Below are positions 23,942-35,366 of a stretch of 35,696 bases of DNA, piece after piece. The translations under genes and the position numbers were made by a program. Each line of letters begins with the position of its first letter. Within the stretch, counting starts at the first letter, position 1. The stretch is from Nemertoderma westbladi. Taxonomy: Eukaryota; Animalia; Xenacoelomorpha. Location: contig JAUCBJ010004075.1 in NCBI GenBank assembly GCA_032718475.1, forward strand, positions 1 to 35,696, read 5' to 3'. A model generated the notes under the pieces. That model saw only the letters and a list, made by a program, of their open reading frames with translations. It was not told the origin of the DNA and made no database searches.

Positions 23942-24595
23942 TCAGTAGAAGTTAAAATGAATTGCTATTGCCATCACCACTGAAGCAACGACTCCACTCA
24001 GTTTATTTGCCCAACTTGATGTCGTTGTGTATGTTGTTGAACGTTCTGCTGTTGTACTTATAACCGGTTGTGTTGTACTTGTAACAGGGTCAAAACCAGG
24101 ATGGTTCCAATCCACTTCCCCATTGGGATTCAGGTAGTCGTGTTCCCACACCATGTCGACAACTTTGTTGCATGCATCTGGTCCGTCGCAGCAGACAGTC
24201 TGACAGCTTGGTTGTGTCAACTCAGCACTGTACCCTTCACCGACATCATGACCATTCCAGTACCAAGATCTGCATTCATCTTCGTCAATGAAATCCACAC
24301 ACGGGTCACCCATATCGCAGGACAATGCCCTGGTGTACATCAAACCTTTTAACTCTTCGCCGTTTATAGTGTATAATCCTGGTAATTGAGTAAAGAACAA
24401 TCGACAGGAAATACAATCCGTTTTATTGGCACCTAGTCGTTCTTCATGCCAAGGGATGTCTGGTATTATATCAGGGCGAGCTGACTTAGAGGTAACCATG
24501 ACTTGCTCGATACACTCCACGGATGATATCTCCATAACTTTCTCTGTAACTATAGTAACAGCTACCAAAAGCATTTTGAGAAATTCAATATCCAT
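23942..24595 (-). CDS. Ly6/uPAR (three-finger, quiver-like) secreted protein with putative GPI anchor, 217 aa, single coding exon
   Basis: Hydrophobic N-terminus (FLKMLLVAVTIVT), 10 Cys ending in CCDGPDACN, Thr/Ser-rich stalk, small-residue omega region and hydrophobic C-terminus. ATG is at 24595; the ORF track starts one GTG earlier. Confidence 0.8.
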   Translation of the reverse strand: MDIEFLKMLLVAVTIVTEKVMEISSVECIEQVMVTSKSARPDIIPDIPWHEERLGANKTDCISCRLFFTQLPGLYTINGEELKGLMYTRALSCDMGDPCVDFIDEDECRSWYWNGHDVGEGYSAELTQPSCQTVCCDGPDACNKVVDMVWEHDYLNPNGEVDWNHPGFDPVTSTTQPVISTTAERSTTYTTTSSWANKLSGVVASVVMAIAIHFNFY

Positions 24596-24684
24596 CACGT
24601 TACCAATCTTCGCTAAACTGCCTGACTACCTTCAGATAGGGGGGAGGGGGGGCTCAACGTATTCTTTCGGCCACAACCTGTCCA

Positions 24685-24700
24685 CCACTGACTGACTATC
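24685..24700 (-). promoter_or_regulatory. Possible initiator for the Ly6-like gene
   Basis: TAGTCAGTCAGT (TCAGT Inr) ~100 nt upstream of the ATG. Confidence 0.25.
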
Positions 24701-26179
24701 TTATTTGTGTCGAGTTGTTTAACCGGTTCGAACAGTTCGAATGTGGTGACGACGCCCCTTACATATCAGGCGAGAGTTCGATTAACTGTCTAATTGTCGA
24801 ATTCGATATGTAACTGTAAGTTTTTATATATATTTTATAAGTTTTCTATTCTCTCTAAAATTAACTTCATTATTTAATAGAGAAACTTGTAGCCAGCAAT
24901 TTTTCAAAATGAAAGACAAGGGTTCGCCCGAGTATACCTCAAAATAGGGAGAAAAAGGAGTAGCCTAGTTTTTCCCTAGGAAAAAACGTACTGATAGGAT
25001 TGCATTGATTTTACTTCTTTCCCAGCGACAAAAGTAAAGTAGGAAAATGTGAACGAATTTTTGGTGGAATTTCTTAAATTTTATTAGTATTTGTAGTACG
25101 AAGCAGAAAAGGTTTGCATATAATATGAGAAAATCCATGCACACACTAAAAAGTTTGCAACTTTATTGTAACACTATTTCGTATCACATGGGAAAAACAG
25201 AGCACAATATTTTTCAATATTGTCTCAACCCTTTATTAACCTCATTGACGCTCGGTAAATAGAATGCCTCGAGATAAAAAATGTATACTTTTTTTTTTCC
25301 AAGTAATATATAATTATTTTTATCAAATAAAATAGTTCTCTCTGCTAGCGACAGCTTACACGTACTAAGATTAACAATTATCATATAATTCTACGTACTC
25401 TACCTTATGCTACTGTGTATATATAATTCAGTAACGGCTAATGTGTGTTTTAGCTATAGCTTTGTAATAAGGGTTGGATTTGTTCTGTAAATTAATCCGT
25501 ATTGATTGTAAGCAATTTATATTCCACACTAATGTCAGCAGGACTCGGAATACATTGTCGTTCGGAGTTTTCCCTAATATATCCATCCCGTCGGTTTTGC
25601 AATGACGGTTTTGCAATGTTTAATGGCTGGGGTGTTGACTACTAAGTGATTTAACTCACTCTAAACACCGCCGCTGTTTTCACTGCAGAATATCAAGCAG
25701 ATAAAACTATCTCATTTCTTGTTTCTACAATTTCTCTAATTTTCTTCACTGTTATTGAGGATAAAATTCATATATGTATGGATAACAGCAGCAATTATCA
25801 CCCTCCAATAAAGGGGACTGCTACCTAGCAAAGTCACTGTAGCAATAGGGCCGAACGGCCAAACAAAGGAAGATCACATGTTGCGCAATCTATTATATTG
25901 TCATAACGGTAAATGCGTTGTATATAAATTGCTTATCCATTATGCATAGATTATACACGTTCGTGGGGCCTTTGCCCAGCACGAGGGTCAGTTATAAATA
26001 AGATATAGATTATAATTGAGCGATTCTACTGTATTAACAATTATTTTTAATATAACACAAAATACAACTGGAAGCGATTCACAAATATACAAACGGCACA
26101 AATTTCTAGTAAAAATAATTCAAGATCGCATATTATTTAATTTATTTAACTAATAAAGAAATCAATAAGCTCTTGTTAT

Positions 26180-27655
26180 TGGTAACATGTTAAACTCATA
26201 AAGTAATATACGAGTAAAGGATGCTTACACAACACAGTAGATGTTCAAAACCGCTTTGAAGTACTTCAGTCAATTAATGAAGACCACTCTACCGTTTCAA
26301 TATACCAGAGTACAATAAAAGCCCACAAGAAATCAGCCAAGAGAGGCATATTCCCCAGAAACCCAAACGATAACATTATGTGTCATGGTAAGACTCTGAA
26401 GTTACTTGTAAGAGAGAAGATCTTAAGATAGCCTACAAAGTAAAAATCGATCAACAAACAACCGAAAACATCAACAAGGATGGGGAAGCTAACGAAGATC
26501 TTAAATTGGCCTACAACATCAGCCATAAGAAGTACATTCAGGACAAGCAAGATGGAAGAAATTACAACTGCTCACATACAGCAACAATAAAGACTTACCT
26601 GGCAAACTGTAAATTAGGTATCAGGTTGGAAAATGTTGTTCTAAGGGGCGTCTCAAAGCCGATAGTCCTGAGGAACATGTCGGCAAATGTAAAGATCACT
26701 TCAGCAACTTGCTTGGGCAGCTACCAAAAATCGAGGTCAGCCCTGAAAGGAAAATATATCTCAAGACACTACAGAAACAGGGGGCTTCACACCCACCGAA
26801 CTCCAAAGAAGCATTAAAAGCATGTCCAATCATGAAGTGAGTGGATTAAATGAAATCCCAGCGGAGGTATGGAAAACAGGACTGTGCTAAACAGACCATT
26901 ATTGAATGTTTGCAACCGGATGTTAAAAGGGGAAAAGCCACCACCAATTTGGACTAAAGGTCAACTAAAGCCTCTCCCCAAGAAAGGAGACCTCGGCATA
27001 CCAACAAACTATCGTGGGATCTGTCTGCTTGTGGTAGCTGCCAAAATATACAACAAAATGATTCTATATAGAATTAGACGTAATTAGACGTGAATTAGAC
27101 ATTGGCGCCATTACTATTTGTAATTGCGCTGGATTACTCAATGAGGACGGCCACAAAGGGTGAAGATCTGGGATTCACACTACAAGAACGCAGAAGTAGT
27201 AGATATCTGGCAACTACAGTCACAGACACTGACTTTGCGGATGACATCACCCTGCTCTCTTATACGCTAGCAGATGCACAGCTTCTATTGAATAAGGTGG
27301 GGAGGGCTGCTAAGGAGGTTGGATTGCATATAAATGCTACCAAGACTGAATTTATGACTTGGCAACAATTGATAATAATAAACTATGGAAGGTTGACAAC
27401 TTCCAGTACCTTGGATCATGGATAGAGAGTAGCAAAAAGGACATAGAAGTTAGGAAAGCAAAGGCTGTATGTGTGTGGGTGTGTAGCGCTATCCAAAATG
27501 GTTACCATCTGCAAATCAGATCTCTCCAGGCACCTGAAGACTAAGTTCTTTCGAGCCACAGTGGAAAGTGTACTTTTATACGGGGGTGAGACCTGGCTCT
27601 GACGAAATAACTTGAACACCAAATTGATGGTTGCTACACAAGACTACTAAAGGTA
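26180..27655 (+). mobile_element. RTE-clade LINE (family 1), degenerate copy with internal deletion
   Basis: VQNRFEVLQ, LPKKGDL, NYRGICLL, DFADD; highly similar to the reverse complement of 18990-20280. Confidence 0.93.
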
Positions 27656-29160
27656 CGCAATAATTTTTATTGTCCGTTTAAATCCTTTTTTGCCCTTTTT
27701 TTTATTTTTTATGTCCTCCAAAAATCTAATGTTAGGTTCCATGCTACCGGTTTCTCTACTGCTGTTCTCTCAGGCTATCAGTACCGGTATTAGTATATAT
27801 AGCACTATTTTGATGCATTGTATGTACAGATGTAGGTATAAAGCAGGCATTTCTGTATTTTAGTACCGGTACCGGCACCGGTACTGCTGTAGGCCTACTG
27901 TGTAGCCTACCATTTAAATACGGTACTGGTAGGCCTACCGGCTGACCGGTTGTTTTGGTTAGAAAATCCCGCCTCATCTGTAACCTGCTCCTTTGCCTGA
28001 TTTGGTAAAGTTACCATTTATTGTTTTGGTTAGAAAGGCCCGCCTCTGTAACCTGCTCCTTTACTTCATTTTGTAAAGTGACTGTTTATTGTTTTGGTTA
28101 GAAAATCCCGCCTCTGTAACCTACCCCTTTCCTTCAATTAATTAAGTGATCGTTTATTGTTTTGGTTAGGAAATCCCGCCTCTGTTACCTGCTCCTTTCT
28201 CTCAATTGGTAATGTTATCGTTTATTGTTTTGGTTAGAAAATCCCGTCTCTGTAACCTGCTCCTTTCCCTGATTTGGTAAAGTGACTGTTTATTGTTTTG
28301 GTTAGAAAATCCCGCATCTGTAACCTGCTCCTTTCTCTCAATTGGTAATGTTATCGTTTATTGTTTTGGTTAGAAAATCCCGTCGCTGTAACCTGCTCCT
28401 TTCCCTCAATTAGTTAAATGATCGTTTATTGTTTTGGTTAGAAAATCCCACCTCTGTAACCTGCTCCTTTCCCTGATTTGGTAAAGTGACTGTTTATTGT
28501 TTTGGTTAGAAAATCCCGCATCTGTAACCTGCTCCTTTCTCTCAATTGGTAATGTTATCGTTTATTGTTTTGGTTAGAAAATCCCGTCTCTGTAACCTGC
28601 TCCTTTCCCTCAATTAGTTAAATGATCGTTTATTGTTTTGGTTAGAAAATCCCACCTCTGTAACCTGCTCCTTTCCCTGATTTGGTAAAGTGACTGTTTA
28701 TTGTTTTGGTTAGAAAATCCGGCCTTAACCTGCTCCTTTCCATCAATTGGTAATTGTTTTTGGCTATAAAATGAGTGTTTTGCTACGTCATGTGGTAATC
28801 GATTATCGACAACAACCACAAACTATTAAATTTAGAGTCTTTTACCACAGGCGCATATGGAATTCTATCTCATAGTCTATAAATCATGGAATCATGGAAT
28901 GTTTTGGCACAGGCATAGTGAAACCAACTGTCCGACAGACCAGAAATCAACAAATTTTGAATGTTTTGGCATAGGCATGTTGAAATCAACTGTCTGACAG
29001 TCCAGAAATCAGCAGTCTGACAGTTTGAAGAAATACATACATAAAAAGTCATTAAAAGGACAATAAAAGTCATTAAAAGGACAACAAAAGTCATTATGCA
29101 TAATTCGTAAAAAAAGGAGGACAAAAAAAGTCAAATAAAAGGACATAAAAAATCACTGCC
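27656..29160. mobile_element. Non-autonomous Mutator-like DNA transposon inserted in the RTE LINE
   Basis: 9-bp TSD CTAAAGGTA (27647-27655) / CTAAAGTTA (29161-29169); imperfect TIRs CGCAATAATTTTTATTGTCC vs GGCAGTGATTTTTTATGTCC; subterminal AAAAGGAC repeats. The LINE resumes exactly after the TSD. Confidence 0.8.
27949..28755. repeat. 68-bp satellite, ~12 copies, with 204-bp higher-order structure
   Basis: TTTATTGTTTTGGTTAGAAAATCCCGCCTCTGTAACCTGCTCCTTTCCCT plus an 18-bp variable end. Confidence 0.95.
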
Positions 29161-29169
29161 CTAAAGTTA

Positions 29170-29283
29170 GCCCTAAACATCAGCTGGAAACAACACCACC
29201 CAATACCACCTGTATCAACCACCCTCCATGAATGCAGATTAAGATTCAGTGGGCACTGCTGGCGAAGTAAAGACGTGGTCATC
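29170..29283 (+). mobile_element. Continuation of the RTE family 1 LINE
   Basis: GCCCTAAACATCAGC...CAATACCACCTGTATCAACCACCCTCCATGAATGCAGATTAAGATTCAGTGGGCACTG matches the reverse complement of 18848-18980. Confidence 0.9.
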
Positions 29284-30764
29284 CTAATGGTTTACAAGCC
29301 CTCGCTTGGTATAACTCACACCAAGATTACTACTCTAGATCCTATGACATATCATATGCATTACATAGGCCAGAGGATTGCTCACTAGTTTAAATTTTGG
29401 TGCTACAAAATAACCACCCCAGTATATTTTATCGAAATTTTTTTCGTTCTGATTCAGACTATTGAATTCTACGTACAAACAAAAAATCAGACGTTTTCCT
29501 TAAAACCTAAGATTTTTAGACTCTTAGAAAAATGCAAGACATTATTTAGGAAGCTAGTAAGTTTGGTTAATACAGGTTAATTTGTAATTTGAATAGCTGA
29601 TCGCGAACTATATAAGAGTACAGCTGAAGAATCGTAGAGTTGAGGTGCCCTGATATAGGGCGATGTATTTTTGTGGCAGAAAGTAGCACAATAAATTATA
29701 AACTGTGCTTTTGTATGTTGAATAATTGCGCTTTTTATGACAAGCAATGAGCATCGGGGCTGACCGTGGAATATAATATAGATTCAATAGTATATATATA
29801 AATTTATAATATATATCCATTCACACACAGTTAAATAATATTTAACTCTGATAACAGTAGGTGTGTATGTATGTGTGTTTTGTGTATGTGTATTGGTGTT
29901 TTTGTGCAGAAAACTTACCTCAAAATGCCTTACTTCATAAACTTACCTCAAATTTAATAATACACTTTTATGAGAATGCATGTGCTTTATTTGTCATCCC
30001 GTAGTTTACCAATGGTAAGTGCAATAACGATACTGATTAATAGTATCTGATCCACGGCCATCGGCTTTATTCTGTAACATAGAAATATCATAAGGTAATG
30101 TGAGGGAGATATTACGATAAATTCACATAAATAATATGAATTATTTTGTCTTGAAATATAGTATATGCACATAGAACTATCAAAGATATTGAGGAATCCT
30201 TTTATTTTATCGTACCTATCTATTTCATTTAATGTAATAATTTTTTCCGAGGTCCTTCCCTGTTGTTAGTTTTTCCTTTCTTAAACAAATAAAATTTATT
30301 ACACATTATAGATACATTTACAGGTTTATCTACGAAAAAATACCTAATTTTCATTATTATATCCACCTCCAGCTGACTGTATCTAAAGGAGGGAAATTTA
30401 AAATTTTGAAATCCGCTACTGTAAATTGTTTGAATTGAGATGTAATTAGTCAATGCACTAAAGCTATAAATAAGAGATTCATGCAATAAATTATTACTGC
30501 ATTTGAACAATCCTAAATTAAAAAATAGTAGAAAAAATATCTAAAATTGATACTGTGGGCACCATTGTGTGTTGTTAACTTTGCGAAACACACTACTAGC
30601 GTATATATGTGTGGATACCACAGGATATTATACTTGTGTCCACCTCAATCACGACACAACATACAGTACATACATAGTAGAATATGTAGAATAATAGAAT
30701 AGTAGAATATGAAGAAGAAACTACTAGAACAATCTACTGCAGCTTAGAATTCATTCTATCTGTC

Positions 30765-31060
30765 TGGGTGATATACCCAGGCCTGCATCGGTTTACATTT
30801 TTGGGTGATATACCCAGGCCTGCATCGGTTTACATTTTTGGGTGATATACCCAGGCCTGCATCGGTTTACATTTTTGGGTGATATACCCAGGCCTGCATC
30901 GGTTTACATTTTTGGGTGATATACCCAGGCCTGCATCGGTTTACATTTTTGGGTGATATACCCAGGCCTGCATCGGTTTACATTTTTGGGTGATATACCC
31001 AGGCCTGCATCGGTTTACATTTTTGGGTGATATACCCAGGCCTGCATCGGTTTACATTTT
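30765..31060. repeat. Perfect minisatellite, 37 bp x 8
   Basis: TGGGTGATATACCCAGGCCTGCATCGGTTTACATTTT repeated without visible mismatch. Confidence 0.98.
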
Positions 31061-32499
31061 TTAAGATGCCTAAACAAACATCCATAAATCCCTATTTACC
31101 CTTCAGTATTACCCTCTGCTGCATGAATATCATTTTTCATTGTAGAAATGTTTATAATGTTTTTCCTTCTCAAATCCAGATCTTGTTCAGATCTTGGAAT
31201 ATTGGTATACTTTTATCAGCTGTTAGGCAATATAGTCTGTTATCGAATTTATTTTCCATATATGATTGACATACGTGTAGAGAGCTAAGTAAGATAAAAG
31301 GTACCCAAAACCCAACCTTCTTTGTGTATAACATCACTTACATATAGTAGTAGTTACTTTGTAGTATAAGTTCCATTCGCATTGTATTTTTGACCTAATT
31401 ATCAGCTGGTTGGTGCAATAACCTATAATCAAAATGGTTATCCTTCATACCCTTTCATATAGATAGGTCCGGCAATTTTAATTCTTGAGGACAAATATTA
31501 CCTTGTGTTCTAGAATTTACATATACCATGTCAACTGCTATACCAACTCAAAAGATACTGTTAACTTTATTGATGTGGTAATCAACTTTCAAGATACTTT
31601 TTAAATTATTTAAAATCTACTTCCAAAAGTGTAGTTAGCCGTAGCAGTATTGTTGCAATCTATATTGTGCTTAATTGTAGGCAGTATTTTGAGTGAATGT
31701 TTGTGAAATCAAAAGTTTCATATAACAATGGTTTTAGGTTGCAATTTAAACATGATAGAAACGTGGAATACCTTACTTTTCCAAACTCAAATTAATTGCC
31801 TTTAGAGGATACTCCATAGGTCCTTATTATCGTTTTGTTGCATTGAGTATGGAAAGCAGATAACTCTAGTTACAACGGTTGTTCTGATTCAGTCCCCCAG
31901 GGCTGATAGAATACACAATTAACATAATTGGTGGTGTTGGTGATACAGCAATGGGCCTATGTATATTCCCTTGTGTTATGTTTCTAAAGCGATTACTGAG
32001 TGCCAACAGCAGTTGTGTACTTGGATAGTGTTCAATACGTTGAGTTCTACTGTAATGACATAATGCATAAAGTAGTGAGTGGTCTTGCTAGATATTGAAT
32101 ATTCGTCCAGAGACTCTATACAACGATTACAGATTGCACATTGAATACAAATTTAGGTGGCCAATAGTAGTCAGAGGTTGAATTCCCTGTGCACTTCACG
32201 GTCGTTGTAGATATAAATATTCATGACGATAACCTCATTCACTCTATTGTTATTATAAAACTAATTATTGTTAAATTAATGCCACGGCCTTCATAAGTTT
32301 GATGCATGCATTTGATGGGGGGGGGGGGGGGGGGGGGGGGGGGACCTATTCTGCTGGGAACAGTTGGTAGCCAACGATTTAACTAGCAGTTTTAGTGTAA
32401 TGTTGAATTTAAACAATAGGCCTACACTTTGTACACAACTGCTTATGATCTGTATATTGACTAGTACTGTATGTATAACCACTGGTATTCTCCTTAATG

Positions 32500-33856
32500 G
32501 GCTTATGGTCAAAATGTCGAAAGAGCCAAAATGTCGAAAGAGACAAATTATCGAAAAGTAGAGTCAAATTGTCGAAAACGTTTTTGGGCATGTCAAAATG
32601 TCGAATTTTTTTTCGACAATATGGCGCAACCCTTTCGATAATATGGAGCTTATCCTTTTTTAGATACTTTTGAATTTTGCTACTAAATTGTTGAACCTGA
32701 GAAATTGGAAACCTGATAATTGATATGGCTAAAGAATTGTGTATAATATCTCAATAGCAATGGGCAATTAGGCCTATACAGTAAGTGTTATCTTGACTAG
32801 CTGACCATTGGGCATCTGTCCAATGCGCTGTCCATTGAGCTACCTCCTCATGCGTTTAAATGCGTTTAAAATTGTATTACTTTAACAATAATAATGAGTT
32901 CTGGGCCGTTTCGAGATCTCACATTCCGTTTAGATGTCGCCATTGAAGAAACTAAATCTCTGAAGTTCCCGAGATTGTCGGGAACTTACAGATCAAACAG
33001 AGAATTTGTTCTCAAACAAGTAAGTTGGTTTATTTCGATTCTGGTTTAGGAAACGAATATTGTAAATCTGTGATGTCCTCCATACTCCTGGTACTTAATA
33101 TCGACAGATTGCAGGGCTCTATCGAACGCTTCTCTTGGACGCTTCCGGCTATTTCTAACTTCTGTTGTGATTTCATACACATGTCGCTTAGCTTGTACGT
33201 TTGCCACTTTGCAATCAACTGTTGGTACACATCCGTGCGGTTTTTTGTTATAGTCATATTATATCATATCATATATATATGTCATATTATTGTCGGGATG
33301 GTCCGGATCAGTCTGAATAGTACCGTTAGTGACCATTATTGTCGCAACACTGGTATTTGGTCCACGCTTAATACACTGTGAGCATTTATAGTATATGTTA
33401 TCTTTATAAGTCTTACTTTGTTGAAACTCGAGGACAGTTCCGGGCCATCTCAAACTATTGAATTGTATTACCTTATGTTTCTTAACAGCGGACTCAACGA
33501 ATTTAGCGGGGACAGGATTGAACTCCATAAGGGCTTATGCTATAAACTATTAAATCATAAAATTATGATATTATAACATCTAGTAAACAAGTAATGACTT
33601 ACTCCAGTGTGGTTTAGTGTATTATATTGCACCAAACTGAAAGTACCTACAGGTTTAGTCCCACTCATTCATTCATTAATTATTCTTCTACAAGTTTAGT
33701 CTACAACATTCATTTATTAATTAATTCTTTCGACAATTTGGCATGTCTGTGTCGAAAGCTTTTTCGATAATTTGACATGGCTGTTCGACAACTTGACTCT
33801 TTCGACATTTTGACCTGTTCGACAATTTGACTCTTTCGACATTTTGACCTGAAATC
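32500..33856 (-). mobile_element. Mutator-like (MULE) deletion derivative, 1357 bp
   Basis: Perfect 9-bp TSD TCCTTAATG (32491-32499, 33857-33865); TIRs GGTCAAAATGTCGAAAGAG with many subterminal TGTCGAA repeats. Confidence 0.9.
33030..33528 (-). pseudogene. Truncated MULE coding remnant with FLYWCH/WRKY-superfamily-like zinc-finger start
   Basis: YYKCSQC...IMVTNGTIQTDPDHP inside the TIR element; broken near 33258; no DDE core seen. Confidence 0.55.
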
Positions 33857-34061
33857 TCCTTAATGCCCATTCTCAGTGCCATCCTGATTCGACATCACAT
33901 ACCACAAAACACTGCCGCTAGCCAGTGGAGCTAGTAATTAATTACGTTCGCTTATATTATAACTTACATGAAAAAAGGACCAAAGCTCACACAGATGTAT
34001 ATTATCATAGCTATTGCTCTTCGTAAATCGAACGTTACTTGTCTTTCCGTACCCATTGCTT

Positions 34062-34332
34062 TATTATTTATTGTATAACACCATATCATCCACAACAGCT
34101 CCAAATTTGATAAAAATGCTAATAAATATCGAGAATATACAGTATATCTTTAAAAGAAATTATAATGTATTTTAATGAAATATACAACATAATATACTAC
34201 AGACATATTATTTATTGCATAACACCATACAGTATGATTCACAATAGCTACATACAGTATTTGGTAAAAATACTAATAAATATCGGGAATATTTAAAAAT
34301 TAATCATAATATATTTTTTATGAAAGGTACAA
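34062..34332. repeat. Diverged direct duplication, 144-bp offset
   Basis: TATTATTTATTG(T/C)ATAACACCATA...TAATAAATATCG at 34062 and 34206. Confidence 0.85.
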
Positions 34333-35366
34333 GTTTCAGTGGTGTAGCTGTTATAAAATCGGACCTACGAACGATCGTCTGAAAAAATTGTTTGAAAAAA
34401 CATGTAAAAAAATGTCGTTTTCAACAAATTGCCACTCGCTCCCACTTCTACGTACGTATGACATGGAATATACATGCAACAGAGAGGAAATTAACTTCAG
34501 ATAAATGTCTTTTAGCATTATTTATTACATTTTTAAGGGCCCAAATAATTTTCGACACTTTGTACGAAAGTGTCACATTTTCGTTATTTCAACCATTTTT
34601 TGGGGACAAACATCAAAGCCATCTCAATAGAAGGGCAAAAGTTATTAGCCCTATGAACATGTTTTTTTTTTATTTGGACCACCAAAACCGAAGATATATT
34701 AAAATCAGTGAGAAGACAGGGGTTTGCAAAAGATTGATTCGACTCGTATCTACATTACTATTACTACAAGTTACCGCTAGATGGCGTGCTTTATATATAA
34801 CATTTTAATATTATTGTCTAACTGATTTCAAACATTTTGCTTTTGACCTAAAAGTTTTACCAATCGATACAGAATGTTCGTAGTATGTAAATTAGTAAAC
34901 AACATTTTAAATGAAAAGAATGTAGTGCACGATTGCAAGAATAAGCGCAAATGTTGTGCATATATTGAAATTGTTAAACAGCCTGGGCATTAATATTGCT
35001 AGAGGAACTGCCTTTTAATATTGTCGAGACACCCACAATACCCAATGACGAGAGCAATAAGACTTCAAATATTCTGTGGAATGTGGAAGGAGCCAGAAGT
35101 TGAAATTGAAACAACTTTTGACAAAACTTTTATTACCACAGATATCCGAAAGAGACCTGGACATCCCTACATTTAATTGTGCCAATGTTCCCTGCGCGAG
35201 GGGGGGGGGGGGGGGGGGGGGGGGTACAGAAGACCCTATGGGGGTTTACCAATGGCGACGAATACGAAAAATTGCTGGCATACCAACCCAACATCCACTA
35301 TAAATATGAGAATATCATTGCGGTATCCCTACCAGGACTCGGAATCATATCCGCTTATACCGGAAT

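Noticed and set aside
638-34808. Remaining short ORFs in the track (e.g. 638-982, 14713-15108, 33025-33381, 34392-34808)
   Set aside because: Non-ATG starts, antisense shadows of real coding sequence or AT-rich chance ORFs without recognisable motifs.
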